Under the pieces are notes generated by a model, which saw only the letters and a list, made by a program, of their open reading frames with translations, searched no databases and was not told the origin of the DNA. From an uncultured Candidatus Kuenenia sp. (GTDB taxonomy: Bacteria; Planctomycetota; Planctomycetia; Pirellulales; UBA1268), in NCBI GenBank assembly GCA_964545915.1, contig CAZJHQ010000001.1, positions 248,341 to 312,340 on the forward strand: a DNA stretch of 64,000 nt, read 5' to 3'. The position numbers were made by a program, and so were the translations under genes. Of the stretch, positions 49,553-59,064 are shown in pieces. Position 1 is the stretch's first letter. Every line of letters starts with the position of its first letter.

Positions 49553-49700
49553 CGGGGAGCTACGCCACTCATGTCTTGAGTGGCAGTCAGAGGCAGGAGG
49601 TGACAAAACCTTCTGCCTCTCGTCGTTTCTGGAGGTTGGTGGTTTGGGCACTTCTGCTTCGTGCCACTCGATGCCACCTCCTGCCCCCCAGGGGGGCAGG
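49553..49700. repeat. Structured repeat copy 1 (two conserved hairpins plus 10-bp palindrome) upstream of the recombinase
   Basis: cggggagctacGCCACTCatgtcttGAGTGGCagtcaGAGGCAGGAGGtgacaaaaCCTTCTGCCTC...ccacctCCTGCCCCCCaGGGGGGCAGG. Homologous to 54352-54475. Confidence 0.6.
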
Positions 49701-49902
49701 GCAGGAAGCAGAAGACAGATCACCCGCCATCCACTCTGGACAAACGCCGACTCATATGTGCGCAACTTGACGAACGCTACCGGTCGAGGAAGGTGATCCG
49801 GACACTCGCGTCGACTGAAAACCCGCTGTTCTTCCAGGCCGTGGAAGACGCGCTGCCCCTGGGCCGCGCCGGCACGACGCGGCCCAAGAAACTCGTGCAG
49901 CG

Positions 49903-50049
49903 ATGAGCCGTCGCATGCCCGAGGCCCGCTCCCGTCCCTTACACGGTTTTACCATCGTGGAGCTGCTCGTCGTGGTCGCGATCATCGGCGTGCACACTGA
50001 CATCGCGATCATTTCTCCGCGACAGTGCCTGGACCGCCTCGACCCGTAG
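49903..50049 (+). pseudogene. Truncated prepilin-type N-terminal (DUF1559-like) gene fragment
   Basis: MSRRMPEARSRPLHGFTIVELLVVVAIIGV, then unrelated sequence and a stop. The canonical GFT(L/I)VELLVV methylation motif is present without the body of the protein. Confidence 0.65.
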
Positions 50050-50139
50050 AGTGACCTGCAGGCCCACGCGGCGCCCTCCGCGGTTGTGGCGAGAGAGGTG
50101 GCATGCACATTCGCCCACGAGCCGTTATGCTGCGGCATC

Positions 50140-51381
50140 ATGATCCACAAACACTCCCTCCTTGCCCTCGCCTGCACGCTCGCCGCCATCGGTATCGGTT
50201 CTGCGCAGGCGGAGGTGGCCGTCGACAATAGTCAACCGCCCACACCGTCTGCGACCAAGGCGCGGCTCGCCCCGCCGTTCACCGGCGCGGCACCCGGAGC
50301 GATTCTTTCGCACCAGGAAATCGGCACGGACATCAAGCACGCTCGGGCCTGGAAAGTCCGCTACGTCTCGAAGGACGTCCACGGCGTGCCCACCGAAGTG
50401 AGCGGCCTGGTCATCGGGCCGAAGGAAAAGGGGGAGAACCGCAAGGTGCTGACCTGGTGCCACGGCACGACCGGGCTCGGCGATGCCGCCTGCCCGTCGG
50501 CCCAACCGAATCCGGCACGTGAACTCGCGACCTACTTCGACGCGGCCTCCACGCAGCAGATCGACTTCGGCGTGCCCGGACTGCAAGGCTTCATCGACGA
50601 CGGCTACGTCGTCTGCGCCACGGATTACCAGGGCCTCGGCAGCCCGGGGCAGCATCAATACATGGTCAACCGCACCCAGGCGCGGGATGCGGTGTACCTC
50701 GTCCATGCCGCGCGCACGCTTGGCGACGTCGGTGCCGGCATCGCAGTCGGCAGCGCCGGATGGTCACAAGGCGGCGGCGCGGCGGCGGCCGTGGCCGAGC
50801 TCGATCCCCAGGATTACGGGGACTTGAAGGTGATCGGCACGGTCTGCATGTCGCCGAGCGTGGCCACCATCATCTTCAACAGCCCCAGAGGCGGCCTGGT
50901 GGCCGCATTGTCGAGCGGCCAAGCCGCCGCGCCCGACCCCCACGGCGTCATGATGCTTGCCGGCGCCCAGGCGGCGAATCCCTCGAGCTTGCAGCTTGCC
51001 GATGTGTTGACGCCGCTCGGAGTGGCCAGCGTCGAAAAGGCTTGGAACATCCAGCCCGTGCATCACCTCGGCAACACACTCGGTCGCCTGCAGGTGCTCG
51101 AGGGCCCGATCCTGAAATCACCCGTAAATCTCGACCGCTGGAAAGGCGCGATCACCGCCGGCTCGGCGGGCACACGGAAACCGGTCTGCCCCGTGCTCGT
51201 CTGCATCGACGGATTCAAGGGGGGCACGGTGCAGCCGGTTGCCTGGCAGACAGCCTACGCCGACAAGGTCAAGGAACTCGGTGGCAGCGTCGAGATCAAG
51301 GACTACCCGAACGACGATCACTTCTCGCTGCCCGAGCACTGCGCTCCCGACGCACGGAAGTGGTTGAACGACTTGTTTTGA
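50140..51381 (+). CDS. Secreted lipase-family alpha/beta hydrolase
   Basis: Signal peptide MIHKHSLLALACTLAAIGIGSAQA. Nucleophile elbow GWSQGG. LIP-like layout. Confidence 0.65.
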   Translation: MIHKHSLLALACTLAAIGIGSAQAEVAVDNSQPPTPSATKARLAPPFTGAAPGAILSHQEIGTDIKHARAWKVRYVSKDVHGVPTEVSGLVIGPKEKGENRKVLTWCHGTTGLGDAACPSAQPNPARELATYFDAASTQQIDFGVPGLQGFIDDGYVVCATDYQGLGSPGQHQYMVNRTQARDAVYLVHAARTLGDVGAGIAVGSAGWSQGGGAAAAVAELDPQDYGDLKVIGTVCMSPSVATIIFNSPRGGLVAALSSGQAAAPDPHGVMMLAGAQAANPSSLQLADVLTPLGVASVEKAWNIQPVHHLGNTLGRLQVLEGPILKSPVNLDRWKGAITAGSAGTRKPVCPVLVCIDGFKGGTVQPVAWQTAYADKVKELGGSVEIKDYPNDDHFSLPEHCAPDARKWLNDLF

Positions 51382-51407
51382 TTTCCGTCCCCCCGTGCAT
51401 CGCTTCC

Positions 51408-53084
51408 ATGAACCCCCCCGCCGTTGCTGAATATGTCCTGAAGCGGCTCTCGCAGCTTGGCATCGACCGGATCTTCGGCGTGCCGGGCGACTACGCGTTT
51501 TCGATCGACGACGCGGCCGAGCGGGTGCCCGGCCTCTCATGGGTGGGCTGTGCCAACGAACTCAACGCCGCCTACGCGGCCGACGGCTACGCCCGCATCC
51601 GCGGCGCCGCGCTGCTCTCGACCACCTACGGCGTGGGCGAACTCTCAGCCATCAACGGCGTGATGGGCAGCAAGGCGCACCGCCTGCCGGTGTTCCACCT
51701 GGTCGGCATGCCCAGCGAGCGCATCCAGCGGCTCGGGCTGGTCACGCACCACAACCTGGGCGACACGGTGTACGACCGCTTCCAGTCGATCTCGGCGACG
51801 GCCTGCTGCGTGACCGCGGTGCTGACCCCGGACAACTGCGTCGACGAGCTCGACCGCGTGATCCGCGAGGCACTCCGCCAGAGCATGCCGGCGTATATCG
51901 TCATCTCCGAGCTGCACGGGAACATGCCGATCGCCGGAACGCCCGTCGTCGGCAAGCCCCTCGGGTCGATCAAGCGCCAGCACAGCGTGCAGGCCGAGCT
52001 GGACGCCGCGGTCGGCACCGTGCTCGCGCGGCTTGCCGCCGCGAAGAACCCGGTGGCGGTGGTCACATCGCTCGTCTCGCGGTACGGCGTGCGCGACCGC
52101 GCGGCTGAATTCGTGCGGCGCGCGAACATCCCCGTCGTGACGACGCCGAACGACAAGGGCACGCTCGACGAGTCGATGCCGCAGTTCATGGGGCTCTACG
52201 CGGGCGTCTGGTCGAGCTCGAAGGAGGTCTGCAACGCGGTGGCCGCGGCAGACCTGGTGCTCGACATCGGCGGCGTGGTGACGAGCGAGCTGAACACTGG
52301 CCTGTGGACCGGCACGCTCGATCCCTCGAAGGTGGTCAGCATCCAGGACAATTGGGTGCGCGCGGGGGGTAAGGTCTTCGTCGGTGCGGCGATCGACGAC
52401 GTGCTCGAGGCGCTGGTCGCCAAGGCCACGCCACGCCCCGCGGTAAAGATGCCGCGCGTCGAACAGGCGCCGCTCGTCGGGGCCGCCGGCGACGCGATCT
52501 CGTCGGACTCGTTCTACCCGCGGCTGCAGCGGCAGCTGTGCAGCGGCGACACGCTGGTGATCGAGACCGGCACGTGCATGCTGCATGCGAACCGGATGCT
52601 GCTGCCAGCGGGAGTGAGCGTTGAAGAGCAGGGCCTGTGGGGCTCGATCGGCTGGGCCACGCCCGCCTGCCTGGGCGTGGCGATGGCGAAGACGTCCGGC
52701 CGCACCTGGATGGTGACGGGCGACGGCTCGCACCAACTGACGGTGAACGAACTGGCGGTCATGGGCCGCTACGGCGTCAAGCCGCGGATCTTCGTCCTGA
52801 ACAACGGCCTGTACGGCGTCGAGGACGTGCTCAGCGAGCGCGGCCACCCGTACGACGACCTGGCGCAGGTGAACTACCACTTGCTGCCCGAGGCGTTCGG
52901 ATGCAAGGGCTGGATCGTGGCGAAGGTGCGCACGAACGCCGAACTCGACGCGGCACTCGCGACAATCGCGTCGGAGGACGCTGCGGCCTACGTCGAGGTG
53001 ATGATCCCGAACGAAGAGAGCCAGCCCATGCCCGAGGCGGTCGTCGACATCGGGTACAAGCTGCAGACACCTCCCGTCGGCTGA
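51408..53084 (+). CDS. Thiamine-diphosphate-dependent alpha-keto-acid decarboxylase (indolepyruvate/phenylpyruvate decarboxylase family)
   Basis: N-terminal ...GIDRIFGVPGDYAF...NELNAAYAADGYAR.... TPP motif GDGSHQLTVNELAVM...VLNNGLYG. Confidence 0.8.
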   Translation: MNPPAVAEYVLKRLSQLGIDRIFGVPGDYAFSIDDAAERVPGLSWVGCANELNAAYAADGYARIRGAALLSTTYGVGELSAINGVMGSKAHRLPVFHLVGMPSERIQRLGLVTHHNLGDTVYDRFQSISATACCVTAVLTPDNCVDELDRVIREALRQSMPAYIVISELHGNMPIAGTPVVGKPLGSIKRQHSVQAELDAAVGTVLARLAAAKNPVAVVTSLVSRYGVRDRAAEFVRRANIPVVTTPNDKGTLDESMPQFMGLYAGVWSSSKEVCNAVAAADLVLDIGGVVTSELNTGLWTGTLDPSKVVSIQDNWVRAGGKVFVGAAIDDVLEALVAKATPRPAVKMPRVEQAPLVGAAGDAISSDSFYPRLQRQLCSGDTLVIETGTCMLHANRMLLPAGVSVEEQGLWGSIGWATPACLGVAMAKTSGRTWMVTGDGSHQLTVNELAVMGRYGVKPRIFVLNNGLYGVEDVLSERGHPYDDLAQVNYHLLPEAFGCKGWIVAKVRTNAELDAALATIASEDAAAYVEVMIPNEESQPMPEAVVDIGYKLQTPPVG

Positions 53085-53115
53085 GCGACAGGCGAATGGT
53101 CTTGGAGGGATCGAC

Positions 53116-53490
53116 GTGACTGACCGACCATCGCCCGTGATTCGCCTGGCGACTCCCGCCGACGTGCTGCCGCTGACGGCCCTCGAGGCCCGCTACTCCA
53201 TCGGTAACCTCCCGCCGGAGTCCCGTGACAACGGCTTCATCTCGATCCGGCACTCCGCGGAGTGGTTCACCGCCGCGAGCCGCGACACAGCCAGCCTCGA
53301 TCTCGCGGGCGATGGCCGATCTCACGGAGGCCACGTTCTTTTGCGGTCGGCTCCTGGCAAGCCAGCGAGTCGCCTGTCGCGGCCCGGTCCTGATTGCGGA
53401 GGCGGCGCGAGGCCAGGGGATCTATACGGCGTTCAACGAGGCGACGCGTGCGGCCTGCGCGGCCGCGCCGACGGCACGGCTGACCCTCAT
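53116..53490 (+). pseudogene. GNAT acetyltransferase remnant (frameshifted)
   Basis: VIRLATPADVLPLTALEARY... in one frame and ...VLIAEAARGQGIYTAFNEA... in another. Confidence 0.4.
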
Positions 53491-53491
53491 C

Positions 53492-53794
53492 AGTGACTCG
53501 GTTCCAGAACTCCCCGGCGTGCGGACGCGGCACGTCCCCTGGCGAGAGTCGACGGAAACCGCGGACCTCGCCCGCGGTGACATCGGCATCTCCTGGCTGC
53601 CCGATCACCCGTCGAGCCTCGGCAAGTGCGGGCTGAAGGTGCTGCAGTACATGGCGGCCGGACTGCCGGTGGTGGCCAACTCCGTGGGCATTCACGCGCG
53701 TCTGATCATCCACGGCGAAACAGGATTTCTCGCGGATGATCCCCCGGCCTGCCGGCGGGCCATCGCCACGCTGGCCGCCGCGGCTACGCGACGC
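53492..53794 (+). pseudogene. Glycosyltransferase family-1 C-terminal fragment
   Basis: ...DIGISWLPDHPSSLGKCGLKVLQYMAAGLPVVANSVGIHARLIIHGETGFLADDP..., fused in frame to the GNAT remnant without an N-terminal GT domain. Confidence 0.5.
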
Positions 53795-53799
53795 TGGGC

Positions 53800-54180
53800 G
53801 TGGCGGCGATGGACTGGTTCAAAAGACCCAGCCCGTTGCAGGATGGGTTCGAGTGGTTTCGCGTCACCGGCACACGGGCCCGGATGCAGGTCGATATGCT
53901 CCGCGAGCAGATCGCCCGTCGGGCCCGCCAGGTCGCGTGTGCGGAGTTCCTCGACGCGCAGATGGCAGATCTGCTCCGATGCTTCGTGGCTCGCGGCCGC
54001 CCGACCACGGTCGTGGTCACCGCCGACCACGGCGAATGCCTCGGTGAGCAGGGGCTGTATGGGCATGCAATCCATCATGAGAAGGTGCTCGAGGTGCCGC
54101 TGCTCATCTTCCGACTCAACGCACCCCCCCATGCGGCGCCCGAGACGAGGCGACACAGCATGCCATCACAGGCGGCCTGA
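53800..54180 (+). pseudogene. Sulfatase/alkaline-phosphatase-superfamily C-terminal fragment
   Basis: ...TTVVVTADHGECLGEQGLYGHAIHHEKVLEVPLLIF... without the catalytic N-terminal half. Confidence 0.45.
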
Positions 54181-54351
54181 GTTGAAGAACTGGGCCATCG
54201 AGGCTTTGTTGGGGAAGGCAGGCTTGGATGGCCCCTCCACTTCCAGCACATGGGGCTTCTGGGGGAGTTCCGACTGCATGGGATTGTGCGTCGCCCCCGG
54301 GTAAAAGAACCCATCATCGACTTGGAAAACGCAGTGGTGCGGCTTCCTCCT

Positions 54352-54475
54352 CGGGGAGCTACGCCACTCCGGCACGGAGTGGCACGACGAGGCAGCGGGT
54401 GGCAAAACCTTCCGCCTCGCGGCGTTTTTTTGGGGCTGGAGATCTGGGTTGTCCCATCCCTGCCACCTGCTGCCG
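54352..54475. repeat. Structured repeat copy 2 (orphan)
   Basis: cggggagctacGCCACTCCGgcaCGGAGTGGCacgacGAGGCAGCGGGtggcaaaaCCTTCCGCCTC...ccacctgctgcc. Same order of elements as 49553, with a compensatory extension of the first stem. Confidence 0.6.
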
Positions 54476-54671
54476 GCGTGCATGTGCAACCATCGCTCTC
54501 AACGGTGCCGCTCATCGGAGTGCGGTGGATGCAGCCCCGGGATCCCGGTCACGGAGACCGAGGCGAGCCTGGATCGCCCAGCTCTGGCCCGCCATGCCCC
54601 TCTTGCATCCGCCGGATTTCCTTTGAACAATAATCGTTCCAACGACTGTCACCTCCCGGCGCTGCCCGGCC

Positions 54672-55997
54672 ATGACCACGACCGACTGGACCCTGCTCTC
54701 GCTGCACCTCGCGGCCATGCTCGGCACGGCGCTCGTGCTCGGGCAGGCGGCCAGGCGGATCGGCATCCCGGCGGTGGTCGGGGAGATCGCCGGTGGGCTT
54801 TTGCTCGGGCCGACGGTGCTCGGCCGGCTGGCCCCCGACGCTCACGCCTGGCTGTTTCCGCCGACGGGCCCGATCACCTCCGCCCGGACGGCGATCGCCC
54901 GCGTCGGCATGCTGTTCTTCATCGTCACGATCGGGCTCGACATCAGCGTCGCCGAGTTTCGCCGGATCGGCCGCAAGGCGGTGTCCGTGGGGACGATCGG
55001 CACGTTCGTGCCGCTGATCCTCGGATTCGTCATGTGCTACGTGTTTCCCGACGTCATCGGCGTGACGCGGAAGGACCTGTTCGCGACGGCGCTGTTCATG
55101 GGGTCGATCCTTTCGCTCTCGGCCAACCCGGTGATCGCCCGCATCCTCATGGACATGGGCCTGTTCAAGAGCGAGATCGGCCGGACGATCATGTCGGCGA
55201 CGCTCGTGGACGACCTCGTCGGCTGGGGCCTCTTCGCCGTGATCCTGGCGGAGTTCGCACCACAGGCGACCGGCCAGGGTCAGGGGATGGCGATCTTCGG
55301 ACTGGTGTTCCTCTTCGTCGGCGGGATCCTCGTCGCCGGCAGGTTTCTCCTGCCGCCGCTGCTGGACCGGGTGAACCGCACGATGCCGCAGCCGGCGTCG
55401 CTCATCTCCTGCATCGTGCTCCTCGCGCTCCTCGGCGCCGCCGGCTCGGAGCAGCTCGGCCTGCACTCGTTCCTGGGGGCGTTCGTCGTCGGCATCGCGC
55501 TGGCCGACGTCTCCCGGAAATACCCGCGGCCTTTCGCGGCGATCGGCGAATTCTCCTACGCGGTCTTCACGCCGATCTTCTTCGTCTCGATGGCGATCGG
55601 GGCCGACTTCGTCGCGGGCTTCGACCTGTGGCTCGTGGCCCTCGTCACGATCGTCGCCTTCGTCGGCAAGATCTGCGGGGTCTTTCTCGGCGGGAGGCTC
55701 GCCGGCATGGACGGCCGTCAGGCGCTGGCCGTGGGATGCGGCCTGAACGCCCGGGGCATCCTCGGCATCGTGATGGCCGCGGCGGCCTACGATGCGCAGC
55801 TCATCGACCTCCGCCTCTTCGTGGCCTGCGTGCTGATGTGCGTCGCGACGACCATGGCCGCGGGCCCGGCGCTCAGCCTCATCCTCGGCCGGCGGCCGCT
55901 GAGCGCGGCACGAGCCGGGTCGCTTGGCGAGGTGCCGGCGACTGCCCTATCATCGGCCCATCGACCGGCCGACTTCCTGGAGGCGACGCCCCGATGA
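54672..55997 (+). CDS. Cation:proton antiporter (CPA2 / Kef-type Na+/H+ exchanger family)
   Basis: 441 aa, about 12 TM. ...GIPAVVGEIAGGLLLGPTVLG... is a typical N-terminal motif. Confidence 0.8.
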   Translation: MTTTDWTLLSLHLAAMLGTALVLGQAARRIGIPAVVGEIAGGLLLGPTVLGRLAPDAHAWLFPPTGPITSARTAIARVGMLFFIVTIGLDISVAEFRRIGRKAVSVGTIGTFVPLILGFVMCYVFPDVIGVTRKDLFATALFMGSILSLSANPVIARILMDMGLFKSEIGRTIMSATLVDDLVGWGLFAVILAEFAPQATGQGQGMAIFGLVFLFVGGILVAGRFLLPPLLDRVNRTMPQPASLISCIVLLALLGAAGSEQLGLHSFLGAFVVGIALADVSRKYPRPFAAIGEFSYAVFTPIFFVSMAIGADFVAGFDLWLVALVTIVAFVGKICGVFLGGRLAGMDGRQALAVGCGLNARGILGIVMAAAAYDAQLIDLRLFVACVLMCVATTMAAGPALSLILGRRPLSAARAGSLGEVPATALSSAHRPADFLEATPR

Positions 55998-56449
55998 TCC
56001 TCGACTCGCTGCCGCAGTGGCGGCGGTACGCCGCGTTGAACGCCCGGCTGGCCAAGGCCTTCGCCTTTCTGGAGCAGGCCACGCCCGACATTGCCGACGG
56101 CCGCCACGAGATCGACGGCGACGCCATCTTCGCGCTCGTGCAGCGCTACCAGACGCGGCCCGCGGCGGGGCCGCTCGAAGCCCACCGCCGGTACCTCGAC
56201 GTCCAATACCTCGCGTGCGGCCGCGAGGTGATCCAGTGGGCGCCGCTGGCAAGCCTGGCCACGGTCGCGCGGCCCTACGACGAGAAGCAGGACGCCGGGC
56301 TCTTCGCAGCCGACGTGGATGTGGTGCCGGTGCCGGTGGTGGCCGGCCAGTTCATGATCCTCTTTCCAGACGACGCCCACGCCCCGTGCTGCGCCTGGGC
56401 CGAACCTGAACCGGTGGTGAAGATCGTGGTCAAGGTCGCGGTCGGGTAG
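55994..56449 (+). CDS. YhcH/YjgK/YiaL (DUF386) family protein
   Basis: MILDSLPQWRRY...GRHEIDGDAIFALVQRYQTRP...EAHRRYLDVQY...FMILFPDDAHAPC. ATGA overlap with the antiporter gene. Confidence 0.75.
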   Translation: MILDSLPQWRRYAALNARLAKAFAFLEQATPDIADGRHEIDGDAIFALVQRYQTRPAAGPLEAHRRYLDVQYLACGREVIQWAPLASLATVARPYDEKQDAGLFAADVDVVPVPVVAGQFMILFPDDAHAPCCAWAEPEPVVKIVVKVAVG

Positions 56450-57159
56450 CCCGCCTGACCAGGCCGCTGCCCCGCCGCAGATGCTCCCCGGGCTCGCACC
56501 ACGGGTCCGGCGGCCAGAGGAAGCCGAGGCGCCCTGCACACTCGACGGGGGGAATGGAAGCGTTCGCTCTGGTCCTGGTGAAGCGAATCGCTCCACCGGG
56601 ACCACGCTGCTGGTGCGAATCACTCCACCCCCCTGGAGCGATTGGCCGCAGCCGGTCTGGCGGCACTCCGCCGCCGAGGTCTCGAAGTCGTTGAGGCTCG
56701 CGACGCGTGGGGCGGGTATTTTTCCCGCTTTTTTGGCCGCCACTGGCCACTCGCCCCGGAAGCCGTGCGGTTTGGCACGCGGCCTGCATTCCGAAAGCAG
56801 TCGGTTGGGAGGGGGTTCGCGTTCGCTGTCCAGGCTGCTGCGTCGGCATCCTGTCCGGTTCGCCCACGGGCGGGCCGAACAGGATTCGCAGTTCGCCAAA
56901 GCACGGCACTGACCTTTCCCAGCTTGGTTGTTGTGGTTCGTCATCACACAGGGGGAGGGTTTCATGTGCAGGTTTTTGCTTTCTTTGGGCCGGCTACTGG
57001 AGTGCACCGCCGTGAGTCTCGTGCTCGCGGTTACCGACTGGCTGTTGCGCTGACCCGGATCCGGTCTGCAGCGCCGCCTGTCAGCGGCATACAGGATGTT
57101 GAAGCACGGCTCGTCTCTTCTCTGCTCTTTTCCTTTTCTTTTCTTTCACCGAGGTACCC

Positions 57160-57699
57160 ATGTCTTGCACGCTCCCGGCGGCGAAGAACGCTTTCCAACC
57201 CAACACACCGACCGTCCCCAGCGTCGTGGTCGTCGATCCGCGGTTCGACGCCTACACGTCACTGGCATCCGCCGCGCAACACGGCCTGTGCACGGTGCAC
57301 TTCCGCGGCAGCGGGGCAGCGGCCCTGCACCTGCTCTCCAAGCACCGGGCCGACGCCGTGATCGTCGGCGCGGAGCTCGACGACATGTCCAGACAGGACT
57401 TCGTGGACTTGCTGGGCTCGCAGCGGTTCGCGACGCAGCAGGCCGCCAGCCGCCCCGTGGTGCTCACGCCCGAGGCCTCGACCGACCCGCTCATGGCCGC
57501 GGAACACGGCCAGCTGGCGGAAGGCGGCGCCGTGGTCCGTCACCCGGTCCTCTGGCGGGACGTCGACAACCATATCCGCAGGCGAACCGCCCGCGGGCAT
57601 GCCGTCCCGCGAGCAGCACTCGTCATGCGGGCCCTGAACACGCTGCCTGTCGGTGCCAGCATCGCCGCCTTGGCAATCAGCGTGTTACTCTTGCGGTAA
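57160..57699 (+). CDS. Hypothetical protein with degenerate receiver-like N-terminal domain and C-terminal TM helix
   Basis: ...VVVVDPRFDAYTSL...ADAVIVGAELDDMSRQDFVDLL.... Weak similarity only. Confidence 0.4.
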   Translation: MSCTLPAAKNAFQPNTPTVPSVVVVDPRFDAYTSLASAAQHGLCTVHFRGSGAAALHLLSKHRADAVIVGAELDDMSRQDFVDLLGSQRFATQQAASRPVVLTPEASTDPLMAAEHGQLAEGGAVVRHPVLWRDVDNHIRRRTARGHAVPRAALVMRALNTLPVGASIAALAISVLLLR

Positions 57700-57763
57700 C
57701 GCTGCCGGCACGACGGCGTTCGCCCGGCAAATCCCGAGCACCGCAAACGGTCGACGGCCTGGG

Positions 57764-57910
57764 TCAGGCAGCGGCCGGCACCGGCGCGACGGTCCCGATC
57801 ACGGCCGCGTCATCCGCGTGGAACTCGGTCGGGTGATCCTCGGGCCGCTCGCCGTAGAGTTCGTGCATGCCTGCGATCGCCGCCAGATACTCGTTGAAGT
57901 GGGGGTCCAT
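57764..57910 (-). CDS. Small hypothetical protein
   Basis: Strong RBS GGAGGA 7 nt upstream of ATG 57910. 48 aa (MDPHFNEYLAAIAGMHELYGERPEDHPTEFH...). Confidence 0.4.
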   Translation of the reverse strand: MDPHFNEYLAAIAGMHELYGERPEDHPTEFHADDAAVIGTVAPVPAAA

Positions 57911-58008
57911 GATTGAGTCCTCCGTGACTGGAGAACTATACGCAGCCGATCCACGTTGGATCGGCTTCGCCCACCTTGCCCAACCTGCCGCGCCAGGGCC
58001 GACGGCGG

Positions 58009-58491
58009 TCACTCGCACTGCGAGCACTGGCCCTTGAGCAGCACTTCCCGCACCGAGCCGATGCCGCCCGCGGCCGACGGAGCCGACTTCGAGCCGCGCG
58101 GCCGTCGGGTCCGGTCCGGCTTCGGCGTGATCGCCACGTCTACGCCCTCCAGACACGACACCTCACCGCAGGTGGTGCAGACGAAGTGCGGATGCTCGTC
58201 CTTCTTTCCCGGGCCGGCCTGCGGCCGCCGGATCTCGAACCGCCAGACGTGATCCCCGAGCTCCATCCGGCTTACCAGCCTGGCCTCCGTGAGCTCCGTG
58301 AGGTTGCGGTAGATCGTCGCCCGATCGAACCCTCGGTCGGACAGCGCCGCGGAAACCTCGGCGTGGGTCTTGGGGCCGCGGGCCCGCAGCAGGTGCTGGA
58401 GCACCGCCAGACGGGCCGCCGTGCACCGCAGGCCCGCGTCGCGGACGAGGGCCTTGACCGCATCGAGATCTGGGGAGGCGTTCCGACTCAC
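58009..58491 (-). CDS. Fur-family metalloregulator (Zur/PerR-like)
   Basis: ...RCTAARLAVLQHLL...HAEV...DRATIYRNL..L....L.... HPHFVCTTCGEVSC and terminal CSQC zinc-site pairs. Confidence 0.8.
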   Translation of the reverse strand: MSRNASPDLDAVKALVRDAGLRCTAARLAVLQHLLRARGPKTHAEVSAALSDRGFDRATIYRNLTELTEARLVSRMELGDHVWRFEIRRPQAGPGKKDEHPHFVCTTCGEVSCLEGVDVAITPKPDRTRRPRGSKSAPSAAGGIGSVREVLLKGQCSQCE

Positions 58492-58500
58492 CGTGTCAGT

Positions 58501-59064
58501 CTACACGACGGCCGCCGCCGCCAAAAAGTCCACGATCACAGCCATGAACGCGGGCAGGTCGGCCGGCTTGCGGCTCGACACGAAATGCCGGTCGACGACG
58601 ACAGGGGTGTCTTCCCAGATCGCGCCGGCATTCATGAGATCATCTTTGATCCCCGGGCTCCCGGTCACGCGCACGCCGCGATACACCCCCGCCGAAATGG
58701 GAATCCAGCCGCCGTGGCAGATCGCCGCCACCAGCTTGCCATGGGCCGCGAACTCGCGAACCAGGTCGAGCACCTTCTCGTGCCGCCGCAACTTGTCGGG
58801 CATCCAGCCCCCTGGAATCACGATCCCATGGAAGTCGCCCGCCTCCATGTCGCCCAGCGCCGCGTCGCTCGTGCATGGGTAGCCGTGCTTGCCGGAGTAG
58901 GTGCGGCCCTGCATGAGACCCGCCACGGTCACGTGACAAGCGGCCTCTTCGAGCCGCAGTTTCGGATACCAGAGCTCGAGATCTTCGTAGTCTTCGTCCA
59001 CCAGCATCAACACGCGGATGCCATCGAGCGGGCGCTGCAAGCCGGGAACATGGGCCATGGTCAT
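58501..59064 (-). CDS. DJ-1/PfpI family protein
   Basis: ...GIVIPGG...GKLVAAICHGGWIPISAG... nucleophile-elbow Cys. Confidence 0.8.
   Translation of the reverse strand: MTMAHVPGLQRPLDGIRVLMLVDEDYEDLELWYPKLRLEEAACHVTVAGLMQGRTYSGKHGYPCTSDAALGDMEAGDFHGIVIPGGWMPDKLRRHEKVLDLVREFAAHGKLVAAICHGGWIPISAGVYRGVRVTGSPGIKDDLMNAGAIWEDTPVVVDRHFVSSRKPADLPAFMAVIVDFLAAAAVV

Noticed and set aside
47624-49765. 713-aa ORF taken at face value as one protein
   Set aside because: The N-terminal 110 codons lie in the structured repeat/leader. The last ~190 codons are Arg/Gly-rich read-through after the frameshift. The real recombinase C-terminus is in ORF 47743..48411.
56450-57160. ORFs 56642..57361 and 55787..57007 in the gap after the YhcH-like gene
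   Set aside because: They are low-complexity Arg/Pro/Gly translations on both strands with no start context or motifs. The region is left as intergenic or unknown.
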